A stretch of DNA of 27,342 nt from a virus (taxonomy: Duplodnaviria > Caudoviricetes): positions 1 to 27,342 of the IMG/VR virus record IMGVR_UViG_3300025803_000081; one strand, written 5' to 3'. The translations under genes and the position numbers were made by a program. The notes under the pieces were generated by a model. That model worked only from the letters and a program-made list of their open reading frames with translations, was not told the DNA's origin and did no database searches. Of the stretch, positions 17,589 through 25,216 are shown piece by piece. The first letter of the stretch is position 1. Each line of letters starts with the position of its first letter.

Positions 17589-17912
17589 TTGTTTGTATTC
17601 CGGTAAGCCGAACTTCTTTCTCCACTTGGTGTACGACGAATGCGCTACGTCGCAGCACTCACAAGCCAGTCGATAGGTGTACCCATCATCACGCAGCCCG
17701 TCCACCTGCTCAATAATTTTTAACTTCTGTTCATCGGTCAGCCGTTGGCTGGGTTTTCTTTCGACCGTTGGGATTGTCCACTCAGCCGTGCCGTACTCCT
17801 CCTCCATGTACTCGATGTCCTCGATTTCTTTTTTGATTCTCTCGTGCGCCCAGTCCAGAAATTTACCCTGCTGGCTCCTGTCGTTGAAAAATAATTCGTC
17901 ATTGATATGCAT
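17565..17912 (-). CDS. Helix-turn-helix DNA-binding protein
   Basis: 115 aa; C-terminal LTDEQKLKII...TYRLACECCDVAHSSYTKWRKKF HTH pattern; TAATG-coupled to dnaB. Confidence 0.7.
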   Translation of the reverse strand: MHINDELFFNDRSQQGKFLDWAHERIKKEIEDIEYMEEEYGTAEWTIPTVERKPSQRLTDEQKLKIIEQVDGLRDDGYTYRLACECCDVAHSSYTKWRKKFGLPEYKQGGAGIST

Positions 17913-19237
17913 TACATAAACCTTCCTGTTTGGTGATAGAATTTTAAATAGTCCCCTACGTCACGTTCACCCTCACGATTCTTTGCTATCCTGTAAGAGA
18001 GTCCAGTGTAAGGGCCTCGGTAATCTTTGTCCTTGCTGGATTCAACATCTCCATTGTAAGGCCACATAAGCATCACGATGTCGGCATCGTTCTCAATATC
18101 GCCGGAGTCCTTGAGGTCGTACAGGCTTAGGCCTGTCTCCCTCTTGGCTCCTTCACGATTTACTTGAGCGAGCAGTACGATTGAGACGTTGAGGTCCAGT
18201 GCTATCTCTTTGATTCTGTGGCTGATGCCGGCGATCCCCTCTGCCTTGCTTAACTTTGAGTTAAACCCGATCAGTTGGAGGTAGTCAATGACGATGAGCT
18301 TAACGCCCTTCTTCCTGACTAGGTATCTGGACTGACTGGCGAGGTCATCAGCACCCTTGACTGAATGAACAGTACTGATAGGCAGCCCCGCTAATCGGTC
18401 AGTCGCTTCACTGAAGGCTGTGATGTCCTGCGGCGTAGCGTAACCCTGCTCAATGGAACGGATGTTCACTCCTGATATGGTCTGAACCATCCGCTTCATC
18501 AGTTGTTTCTGCGGCATCTCGAAGGAGAAGTAAGCAACGGGTGTCCCTTGGTCGATCATAGTTCTCGCTGTGATGTACAGTGCGAGTGCTGACTTCCCGC
18601 AGGAGGTGGGTGCTGCAAGTGTAAGCACTTCCCCGGCGGCGATCCCTCCGTTCCCTAGGAATCCGTCCAGCCTGCCGACATTTGTTTTGACTACATCGGC
18701 TACGTACTCACCGGACTGCATTAGTTCGATGTCCGATACGATGGAGTCCAAGGACTCCTTGACGCTGTACCCAAGTGAGTCACGTGAATTAATCTCGAGG
18801 ACATTGGTCTCGAGTTCGGACCGAATGTCATTGAACTCATAGCCCTCGCTGGTTGCCTTCTCCTGAGCGATCCGGCACTCCCGGATAAGTTTTCTCAGGT
18901 TAGACTTCTCGGCTACCAGCCTAGCGTAATGCAGGGCCTGTGGCTCCGTTGTAGCGGAGTCCATGAGGGACATGATACCTGTTACTCCCCCGATCTCATC
19001 CAGCGTATTTGACCCCTTCAGGGCCTCGCAAAGGTGGATCTCGTCGATGGGTAACCCAGTGTTGGCCAGCTTGTGGAGAGCTTCCCAGAGGAATCTCCCA
19101 CGTGCTGAATAAAAATCGCCAGCGTTGACGATGGTTGATGCGGTGTCGAAGACTGACGAATCGGATGCATCCAGACAGGATGCGATCAGGCTAGTCTCGG
19201 CTTCTAAGTTATGCGGTGGTGCGTTTTCTTCGTTCAT
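17912..19237 (-). CDS. dnaB: Replicative DNA helicase, DnaB family
   Basis: PPHNLEAE N-domain, Walker A AAPTSCGKS, FSFEM, IVIDYLQL, LAQVNRE, LKDSGDIENDAD, IAKNREG; start placed at ATG 19237. Confidence 0.95.
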   Translation of the reverse strand: MNEENAPPHNLEAETSLIASCLDASDSSVFDTASTIVNAGDFYSARGRFLWEALHKLANTGLPIDEIHLCEALKGSNTLDEIGGVTGIMSLMDSATTEPQALHYARLVAEKSNLRKLIRECRIAQEKATSEGYEFNDIRSELETNVLEINSRDSLGYSVKESLDSIVSDIELMQSGEYVADVVKTNVGRLDGFLGNGGIAAGEVLTLAAPTSCGKSALALYITARTMIDQGTPVAYFSFEMPQKQLMKRMVQTISGVNIRSIEQGYATPQDITAFSEATDRLAGLPISTVHSVKGADDLASQSRYLVRKKGVKLIVIDYLQLIGFNSKLSKAEGIAGISHRIKEIALDLNVSIVLLAQVNREGAKRETGLSLYDLKDSGDIENDADIVMLMWPYNGDVESSKDKDYRGPYTGLSYRIAKNREGERDVGDYLKFYHQTGRFM

Positions 19238-19379
19238 CCTGAAGTATCTCCATGATTGAACGTAAGCACTGACCAAGAGCTTTGTATTTCACCTGCACTT
19301 CTGGAGTGAACTTGTACGAATCAATTGAATCGTAAAGGTTAAGGGTGATTTCGGTGGCTTCTGATATGTGTTCGTTCAT
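19209..19379 (-). CDS. Small hypothetical protein (MNEHISEATEITLNLYDSID...ERRKRTTA)
   Basis: 56-aa ORF not in track, fills gap upstream of dnaB, A-rich upstream region. Confidence 0.6.
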   Translation of the reverse strand: MNEHISEATEITLNLYDSIDSYKFTPEVQVKYKALGQCLRSIMEILQDERRKRTTA

Positions 19380-19402
19380 GTGTTTTAAATAAATAGGATA
19401 GA

Positions 19403-19442
19403 GATACTTGACCCCCCGCCGAGTTACGAGAGGCCAAGCATC
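19403..19442 (-). other. Intergenic 17-bp RNA stem-loop (possible processing/stability element)
   Basis: GATGCTTGGCCTCTCGT-AACTCG-GCGGGGGGTCAAGTATC pairs fully with five G.U on the minus strand. Confidence 0.65.
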
Positions 19443-19461
19443 CTACCATAAGACGTTTCAA

Positions 19462-19791
19462 CTAACCCTGTCTTTCCAGCATCCCTATGGCTATCAATGA
19501 GTAACCAATGAGATCCCGAAAAATGTCCTTGGCTTTATCCCCCTCGGAGTTCACCGAGAGGGAGCCATCGGAACAGAAAGCCTTAGCTCTCTGGAATTTA
19601 TCCTGCATACGAATGCAGATGCCTGTGAGTGGGTCAACCCCGAACTCTGTACTGGAATCGAAGTTAGCGAACGGATTGTCGTTAGTCTCCCCACCAGTGT
19701 AGTCCGAGTTCTTTTTCGCAGTAAGGTTCATTATGTAATCAACCTCCTGCTCACGGAACTCAGCCCACCAGACCTTGTCGAACTCATTCAT
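19462..19791 (-). CDS. DUF1599 / nucleotide-modification-associated (MazG-like fold) protein
   Basis: KKNSDY, NPFANF, GICIRMQDKFQR, DLIGYS motifs. Confidence 0.75.
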   Translation of the reverse strand: MNEFDKVWWAEFREQEVDYIMNLTAKKNSDYTGGETNDNPFANFDSSTEFGVDPLTGICIRMQDKFQRAKAFCSDGSLSVNSEGDKAKDIFRDLIGYSLIAIGMLERQG

Positions 19792-19792
19792 T

Positions 19793-20080
19793 CTAGAACG
19801 GGACAGTATCCGAGGTGGTCATGGCCGGTGCTACGGACGCAGCTTGAGGTTCGTAGGATTGAACCTCGTAGGTGTCCCGTGCCTCCGCTTGCTTGCCCTC
19901 ATCGGCGTAGTCCAGTGCCAAGGATAGCAGGGGACTGCCACTCTTGGTTGTCTTCTTCCACCCCTTCAGGTAGTAGAGCCCCGGCTTATCGACATAGACT
20001 TTGCCGTTGTAGTCCGGATGAGTGTCCTTTTCCTTGCGATCATTGATTCCAAGGAGTCCTGTATTTGCTTTGTATTTCAT
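19793..20080 (-). CDS. Putative single-stranded DNA-binding protein
   Basis: NDRKEKDTHPDYNG...GWKK core and acidic tail ending DTVPF; near ERF. Confidence 0.65.
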   Translation of the reverse strand: MKYKANTGLLGINDRKEKDTHPDYNGKVYVDKPGLYYLKGWKKTTKSGSPLLSLALDYADEGKQAEARDTYEVQSYEPQAASVAPAMTTSDTVPF

Positions 20081-20112
20081 ATGTATTATTGGTTATCGGT
20101 TGTAAGAATTGT

Positions 20113-20409
20113 TTAGTCACTGTTCTCTTTGACTTCGTATGCGCCGTCTATGAAGACACGATCAATGCTGATTCCGAAGTGCTTCTCAATGGCACGGAAC
20201 TTAGCCCGTGTCATGTGATCCCATTTATCCACAATCTCGTAGCTATCCTTGAGGACTGAGATGGACTCTTCGAGTTCCTCCATCTCCTCCCTGTGGGCTT
20301 TGCCGATGTCAAGTGCGAACCTGTAGACTGAGTCCTTGAGATCCTTTAACTCGGACTGAAGTGAATCAATCTGGGATTGAAGTGCTAGTATATTTTTTGA
20401 TCCGAACAT
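20113..20409 (-). CDS. Coiled-coil hypothetical protein
   Basis: 98-aa ORF, TAATG-coupled to erf. Confidence 0.7.
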   Translation of the reverse strand: MFGSKNILALQSQIDSLQSELKDLKDSVYRFALDIGKAHREEMEELEESISVLKDSYEIVDKWDHMTRAKFRAIEKHFGISIDRVFIDGAYEVKENSD

Positions 20410-20852
20410 TAGAACCCTTGGTTGGATGTTGTCTTGGCACTCTTGCCGTGGTCGTTGGTAGCATCCGGATCTTTCGTATCGTCGATAGCGAAGAGACCAT
20501 TGAGTGCGTACTTACGAGCGTAAGAACTAGCGGAGCCAGTAATCTGTGCCTCGTCCATACCCTTCTTGGATGATGCTTCACGAGCGTAGCCTGATGCGTA
20601 GATAAAACTATCGGAATCATTATCCAATAGGTTTGCCTCAGCCTTGACGTAGACCCTGCTATCTACTCCTAACTCAACCATCTCATCTGAGATAGTCAAC
20701 GAGCAACCCCACTCAGCGAGCAGAGGTTTCAATGCGGTAAGGATGTCCTCACAGGAGCGGTAATTGTACCCTCCGAATTTGTTAATCTGCCCCTTCGGGG
20801 CTTTCAAAGAGGACTGTATCCCCTGTAATTTTTGTCGTATGTTATGACTCAT
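20409..20852 (-). CDS. erf: ERF-family single-strand annealing protein
   Basis: LKAPKGQINKFGGYNYRSCEDI and AQITGSASSYARKYALNGLFAIDD signatures. Confidence 0.9.
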   Translation of the reverse strand: MSHNIRQKLQGIQSSLKAPKGQINKFGGYNYRSCEDILTALKPLLAEWGCSLTISDEMVELGVDSRVYVKAEANLLDNDSDSFIYASGYAREASSKKGMDEAQITGSASSYARKYALNGLFAIDDTKDPDATNDHGKSAKTTSNQGF

Positions 20853-20854
20853 GT

Positions 20855-21223
20855 TTAGTTGTGGTTAAGTTTGTCGCTGTATTTTTCTACAATCCTGTCG
20901 ATTGCAAAAGCGTAGTCCTCTGAATTTACAGTACGTCCCTCAGTAAATTCATTAAGTTGCTGGGCTTGCACTACAAAATCAATAACATTCCCGCCCTTGC
21001 CGGACTTGAAACACTTCCAAGCGTTCCGTCCGTTGTGGACATAAAGAGAACACTCATCGTCATTTTCGACAAATGGACTTGAGAACCTTGTACTGCTTTC
21101 GAGATGGATCACTCCATCGCCAACGTACTCCCGTACAACCTCTTCGATTGGAACCTTCTTTTCGATCTCACATACAAGTGAAAGAACGCAGTCAGGTGAA
21201 TTTGATTTGCATATGTTATTCAT
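20855..21223 (-). CDS. Stand-alone primase N-terminal (CHC2 Zn-finger-like) domain protein, degenerate ligands
   Basis: IEEVVREYV, SPF...SLYV, WKCFKSGKGGNVIDFV. Confidence 0.75.
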   Translation of the reverse strand: MNNICKSNSPDCVLSLVCEIEKKVPIEEVVREYVGDGVIHLESSTRFSSPFVENDDECSLYVHNGRNAWKCFKSGKGGNVIDFVVQAQQLNEFTEGRTVNSEDYAFAIDRIVEKYSDKLNHN

Positions 21224-21662
21224 GTTTTTGTTTGGTTAGTTTCCGGAAGCAGGACTCCCGTTGCTTAGAATTGGTAAGTGAATCAAGGGTTCGTTGGTCA
21301 GCCCCTAAGTCACGTAATACTTGGCATTGTTCTTCAGCCGTCAAGTTGTAGGCAAACCGCTTGGTAAGTTGTGTAAGACCCACGGGGTGAAGGACATCTG
21401 TACTTTCCTGATCCAGATAGTCAGCGATGTTTCTAAGAATACTGGAGAAATTTTCGGGGGATTGGCCGCACCTCCGGTACAGGAAGTTCTCAATCTTTCC
21501 GAGGAGACTGTTGCCCATCCGTGAGATGACACCACGAACCATCCCGGTTCTGTGGTCGTGGTCAACTACCCAGTCCGACTTCCGATCATTCAGTATCGGG
21601 CATCGACCCGGCTTGTTGGCTTCACGCCACTTGGCCAGTTTGTTCTGTGGTAAGTACGTCAT
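21216..21662 (-). CDS. Recombination endonuclease VII-like protein
   Basis: CPIL...VVDHDHRTGMVRGVI...NSLLGKIEN motif of the T4 gp49 family. Confidence 0.85.
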   Translation of the reverse strand: MTYLPQNKLAKWREANKPGRCPILNDRKSDWVVDHDHRTGMVRGVISRMGNSLLGKIENFLYRRCGQSPENFSSILRNIADYLDQESTDVLHPVGLTQLTKRFAYNLTAEEQCQVLRDLGADQRTLDSLTNSKQRESCFRKLTKQKHE

Positions 21663-21958
21663 TAGGACGGATTGCTTTTTATATTTCCTAGTGCATCTCT
21701 GGGGTAGTCGATGACTTCTTTGCTGTTGCGAATAGTCGATGGTGATACTGTATGCATACCTTCTTTGTAGCCCTCCTTGTAGCCATTGTCATAACCCTCG
21801 TCATAATAGTGATGTCCAAGGATTTTTTCAACCTGTTCCGGTAGCCACATCACCATCAGGATTCTTTCAAGGTGATCGGCAAAGGTTTCGATGTTGCATT
21901 CATTATCGCTGACTTCAAGTGTGGCGACTTCATCGTAATGTTCTATCGTTATTTTCAT
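21662..21958 (-). CDS. Hypothetical protein with GYxxGYxxG repeat
   Basis: 98-aa ORF with start/stop overlaps on both sides. Confidence 0.65.
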   Translation of the reverse strand: MKITIEHYDEVATLEVSDNECNIETFADHLERILMVMWLPEQVEKILGHHYYDEGYDNGYKEGYKEGMHTVSPSTIRNSKEVIDYPRDALGNIKSNPS

Positions 21959-22140
21959 AGTTTGTTAATAGATATAAGTTCGGCGACTCCGCCTCGTTTT
22001 AATCTAAAGAAACCTTTCTTGTCCGGCCTGCTGCCGATGTACTTCATTGCCTCCTTCTCGTCCCGAGCGTGCTTGACCGCACGCCCGATGTAACCCTCCG
22101 GCATATCAGTTCTCCTGTACTGAATCCTGTACTGGTGCAT
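21955..22140 (-). CDS. Small hypothetical protein
   Basis: 61-aa ORF, co-oriented, ATGA overlap. Confidence 0.6.
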   Translation of the reverse strand: MHQYRIQYRRTDMPEGYIGRAVKHARDEKEAMKYIGSRPDKKGFFRLKRGGVAELISINKL

Positions 22141-22552
22141 TACTGACTAGCTTGGTTACATTCATCGGTACTTGAAAGAAGTACTCGCCGGATCTGATGT
22201 ACTTGTTAGAGACCAGCACGGGCTTGAGTCCCTGAATGTCCCGTGCCGAGAAGTAAACGGCATCGGATAGATCCTTATTCCATACAAAGAAAATTGTATT
22301 CGAGGTGAAGAACTTCCTCTTCCTCTCAGGTAGCTGCACTGTATCAAAGGGGAAAGCACCGCCATCCCAGACTACTTTGACCTCGCACTCAATGAGTAAC
22401 TCGTCGTCATCCTTGGTGGCTATGAGATCCTGTGCGTAGATGTCCGGGTTCTCTCGGACTTCCCAACCTCGATCCCGAATGAAGGCAGATGTAGCCGCTC
22501 TGGCGGCGGCATCGTGCTTTTCAAAAAGGGACTGGTCGAATTGTTTCTTCAT
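22106..22552 (-). CDS. Putative PD-(D/E)XK nuclease-like protein
   Basis: DLIA...IECEVK motif; start placed at ATG 22552 (ATGA overlap). Confidence 0.65.
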   Translation of the reverse strand: MKKQFDQSLFEKHDAAARAATSAFIRDRGWEVRENPDIYAQDLIATKDDDELLIECEVKVVWDGGAFPFDTVQLPERKRKFFTSNTIFFVWNKDLSDAVYFSARDIQGLKPVLVSNKYIRSGEYFFQVPMNVTKLVSNAPVQDSVQEN

Positions 22553-22785
22553 CGGTACAGTACAGTGAAGCCCTGTCCACCCATTACACAAAGTACATTG
22601 TAGTCAAGCCATTCAATTGCTTCCTGCATACTCATGCCCTGCTCCATAGGTATGCGTACCATCTTGTCGTAATCGTACACAAGAAATCCGTTGGCATCCA
22701 ATCCCAGAATGGCGGAATCGTAGCCGTCGAAACGGATTGCACCGACCTCGGCCTCGTCTATGTAGTCATGGTACTTGAGTCTCAT
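22549..22785 (-). CDS. Conserved phage hypothetical protein
   Basis: DGYDSAILG..VYDYDKM..EAIEWLDYN pattern; start at ATG 22785 (TAATG overlap). Confidence 0.7.
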   Translation of the reverse strand: MRLKYHDYIDEAEVGAIRFDGYDSAILGLDANGFLVYDYDKMVRIPMEQGMSMQEAIEWLDYNVLCVMGGQGFTVLYR

Positions 22786-23546
22786 TACATCCTCAGCAGC
22801 CAGTAAAGTTCGGCGCACTTCTTGGCAACCTTGATGCCCTTGATCAGGTCATCCTTCGGCCAGTTGTGGTGCATATGTTCGGCGGTGTCGCAGTCAACGA
22901 TCACTGATCGGCAGGCTGGCAGGTAGCCGAGCCCATGCTCCATCTGTAGCATCCAAGCCTCGATAGCTAACTGCTGGCAGTCCTTTTCGTAGACCTTAGC
23001 CTTGCCCTTGGTGTTCGCCCTGCACTTATAGTCAGCTAGGAATAGTTTACCCTCCGCATCGTGACCAATGAAGTCCACGCTCCCAGCTATCTTGATCCTG
23101 TTATTAGCGACGACCCTTTCGCAGGATATAGGCTTGACCCCAGTGGCCTCTACCCATTGGACGAATGGTTCAGCCCACTTGTTCCAAGCGGTGTCCTCGG
23201 GGTGCTGCCCCTGCTGGAACCAGAAATAGTTTATGTGATCCTCGATCACCTTATGCACAGTCGTGCCGAACTGGGAGGACTCGATCATCTCTCCTGTTAT
23301 CGGATGCTCCCGTGTGCCGTAGGTCAGCCGTTCGATGTCCTTCCAGTGAAGGTTGGGCTTTTCCCTAGCTAGTTGAGCCATCATGCGTGGCTTATAAATG
23401 CTGTCCAAGAAAGCATCCTTCACGATGCCGAGGACTGTAGTCACGGACGGGTACACCTTGCGGTGCTTCCGTGCCTGTGCCGGAGTTTCAATATCGGGAT
23501 TAAATGTTGGGTCACTGATGACCTCGCAGTTGTAGAAGTGAGCCAT
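22785..23546 (-). CDS. PD-(D/E)XK exonuclease (phage exonuclease / Cas4-like superfamily)
   Basis: YPSVTTVL, GTTVH, E..V, IAGSVD, LADYK, QLA motifs; start at ATG 23546 (MAHFY). Confidence 0.85.
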   Translation of the reverse strand: MAHFYNCEVISDPTFNPDIETPAQARKHRKVYPSVTTVLGIVKDAFLDSIYKPRMMAQLAREKPNLHWKDIERLTYGTREHPITGEMIESSQFGTTVHKVIEDHINYFWFQQGQHPEDTAWNKWAEPFVQWVEATGVKPISCERVVANNRIKIAGSVDFIGHDAEGKLFLADYKCRANTKGKAKVYEKDCQQLAIEAWMLQMEHGLGYLPACRSVIVDCDTAEHMHHNWPKDDLIKGIKVAKKCAELYWLLRM

Positions 23547-23583
23547 AAAAAAAGGTGGAGCCCACATACAAGCGAGCCCCACC
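23547..23583 (-). terminator. Intrinsic terminator-like hairpin
   Basis: GGTGGGGCTCGC-TTGTAT-GTGGGCTCCACC-TTTTTTT, 12-bp stem with G.U pairs plus U7. Confidence 0.75.
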
Positions 23584-23595
23584 CTTGATGTCAAA

Positions 23596-23985
23596 TTAGA
23601 GTTCCTCGTTGTTAATGATCTCGGTGAACAACTCTCGGAACGCTCCGAGAAGGTCAGCCGTGTCCCCAGTATCGTACAGTCGCTCGCCGATGTCTTCCAT
23701 ATCGTCACGGGTGAATGCGTGAACACAGGACTCCTCTCTCCACTTGAACTCCGAGATAGTCCAACCGATCTTCGGCTGGTTCTTGACTAGGAAGTCAAGG
23801 ATCTCGGTGTCACTGGCGAGAGGCATCTCTACCTGACTTGGGATGATGTACCTGTCACCATCCGAAAGTTCGCCGAAGTAAGCGTCCGTGAAAACAAGCC
23901 GCCCGTTTTGGATGACTTGGCGTTGTACTAGCTCCCCATCGGAAAGCTGCTGCCCTTGCGGGTATGTGTGTATGTCTAGTTGCAT
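23596..23985 (-). CDS. Hypothetical protein
   Basis: 129-aa acidic ORF, co-oriented. Confidence 0.7.
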   Translation of the reverse strand: MQLDIHTYPQGQQLSDGELVQRQVIQNGRLVFTDAYFGELSDGDRYIIPSQVEMPLASDTEILDFLVKNQPKIGWTISEFKWREESCVHAFTRDDMEDIGERLYDTGDTADLLGAFRELFTEIINNEEL

Positions 23986-24110
23986 AGGTGTATTATGGTT
24001 GCTATGATTAGAATTAGACCGACCCCCAGAATGGAGATCAGTAGAGCATATGCTGAGAAAAAGGTGCTGCGCCCTTTGTATACTAATGGTATGTCGTCAA
24101 TTGGTTTCAT
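23976..24110 (-). CDS. Small single-TM protein (MKPIDDIPLVYKGRSTFFSAYALLISILGVGLILIIATIIHLCN)
   Basis: 44-aa ORF not in track; clear hydrophobic helix; fills gap. Confidence 0.6.
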   Translation of the reverse strand: MKPIDDIPLVYKGRSTFFSAYALLISILGVGLILIIATIIHLCN

Positions 24111-24118
24111 TGATGTTG

Positions 24119-24310
24119 TCATTGATGTATGTGGTTAAGAAAATCGTAGCTGCCTGCGGGCAGGTTGACTACGTGTTCATCCGTAGCACGATGGTTGAGG
24201 AACTGTAGGAATGCAAGGATTTCTTTTGCCTCCGGCATATCCCTCCAGCAAGTGACCTTGGGTTCGATGTTTTCTGGTTTCTGTTTTGATATGTGTTTCT
24301 GATTTGACAT
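24119..24310 (-). CDS. Small hypothetical protein
   Basis: ORF in track; start moved to ATG 24310 following an A/C-rich leader. Confidence 0.5.
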   Translation of the reverse strand: MSNQKHISKQKPENIEPKVTCWRDMPEAKEILAFLQFLNHRATDEHVVNLPAGSYDFLNHIHQ

Positions 24311-24332
24311 GGTGTTGATGGTTTCGTTACTT

Positions 24333-24410
24333 AAGGAACCCCGTCTCACTTAAAGAACCGACCGCCCCCGCAAGGGCGGGTCGGATTCAGTAAGGGGATA
24401 GAAGTTCCTT
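24333..24410 (+). other. Long intergenic inverted-repeat / hairpin element
   Basis: AAGGAAC/GTTCCTT outer stem, CCGACC/GGTCGG and GCCC/GGGC inner stems around a GCAA loop. Confidence 0.6.
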
Positions 24411-24416
24411 ATGGAA

Positions 24417-24704
24417 TTAAGATGCGTTGATGACTTTACTGAGTTCTCCGGTTGGACTGATCCTGTCTTTGACCTCGTCGAGTGTCGCCCTGCGTTCTTT
24501 GTGGGCGACTTGCTCAAAGGCATTGGCGAGGTCTTCGATATGGTCGATCAATTCCTCCGGCTCCATGTCTTGGAATGGTTGCCAAGCGTTGTCGGACAGG
24601 AACTTATCCTGCTCCTCTATCGTGAGACTATCCCAGTTCTCTGGAATCTCGTCGGTCAGGTAGTGCTGTGAAGCGAGGCGTAGGTAGTATGTGTGGTCGT
24701 GCAT
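24417..24704 (-). CDS. Acidic hypothetical protein
   Basis: 95-aa ORF, co-oriented. Confidence 0.7.
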   Translation of the reverse strand: MHDHTYYLRLASQHYLTDEIPENWDSLTIEEQDKFLSDNAWQPFQDMEPEELIDHIEDLANAFEQVAHKERRATLDEVKDRISPTGELSKVINAS

Positions 24705-24709
24705 AATAA

Positions 24710-24922
24710 TTAGAAGTCAAGGTTGATGTCGGTGATGTATTGGTGAGCGGAATCGAGGTCGTCGATGATTGCATCGACCTCGTAGTATCTGTCCTGAACT
24801 GAGGCAACGTCGCCCTTGAAGTAAGGGCTGTCGATTGTCTCGTGTAAAATCGCCCGCACCTCGGTGAGTGCGTCGATTGCTTTGCTGAGATGGTCAGCGG
24901 ATTGTTGTACTGATTTCTTCAT
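24710..24922 (-). CDS. Acidic helical hypothetical protein
   Basis: 70-aa ORF, co-oriented. Confidence 0.7.
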   Translation of the reverse strand: MKKSVQQSADHLSKAIDALTEVRAILHETIDSPYFKGDVASVQDRYYEVDAIIDDLDSAHQYITDINLDF

Positions 24923-25205
24923 GGTGTGTCATGCCATTGACTGGCGTATAGATTCGGTGGGTTAATTCGTAGGGGTCATTGTCGCCCCCGTTGTCGATGT
25001 CAGCCTGTGACATTGAGTTGTATTTGGTAGTCACTTCACGATATGTAAAATGACCTTCACTCTCGACGGAGAAGTCGGAGGAAGTGTCCACCCCAAGGGC
25101 TTCTAGTGTCAGAAGGTCTTGATCGACTCCTGCCTGAGACAGTTGGTTGCGGACGATCTCGCCTGTAGCGAGGTTGCGAATGCGGAATAGTTCTACTGTT
25201 TTCAT
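24894..25205 (-). CDS. Hypothetical protein
   Basis: 103-aa ORF, co-oriented. Confidence 0.65.
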   Translation of the reverse strand: MKTVELFRIRNLATGEIVRNQLSQAGVDQDLLTLEALGVDTSSDFSVESEGHFTYREVTTKYNSMSQADIDNGGDNDPYELTHRIYTPVNGMTHHEEISTTIR

Positions 25206-25216
25206 GGTGTATTGTA

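Noticed and set aside
17522-17716. + strand ORF MVEVAGVEPAS...
   Set aside because: Classic antisense shadow translation of a tRNA/tmRNA T-arm and acceptor end; overlaps the RNA gene and HTH gene
17565-17912. IS transposase fragment
   Set aside because: Only an HTH resembling transposase N-termini; no catalytic ORF or terminal inverted repeats; translationally coupled to dnaB
23547-23726. N-terminal extension of the exonuclease ORF in the track (similarly for dnaB 19238-19276 and ORFs starting 22591, 22818, 26382, 26539)
   Set aside because: Extensions overlap upstream genes or terminators; downstream ATGs give coupled starts or follow the start-associated motif
24018-24042. 11-bp hairpin as an intergenic element
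   Set aside because: Falls inside the hydrophobic coding stretch of the 44-aa ORF 23976-24110 and lacks a U-tract
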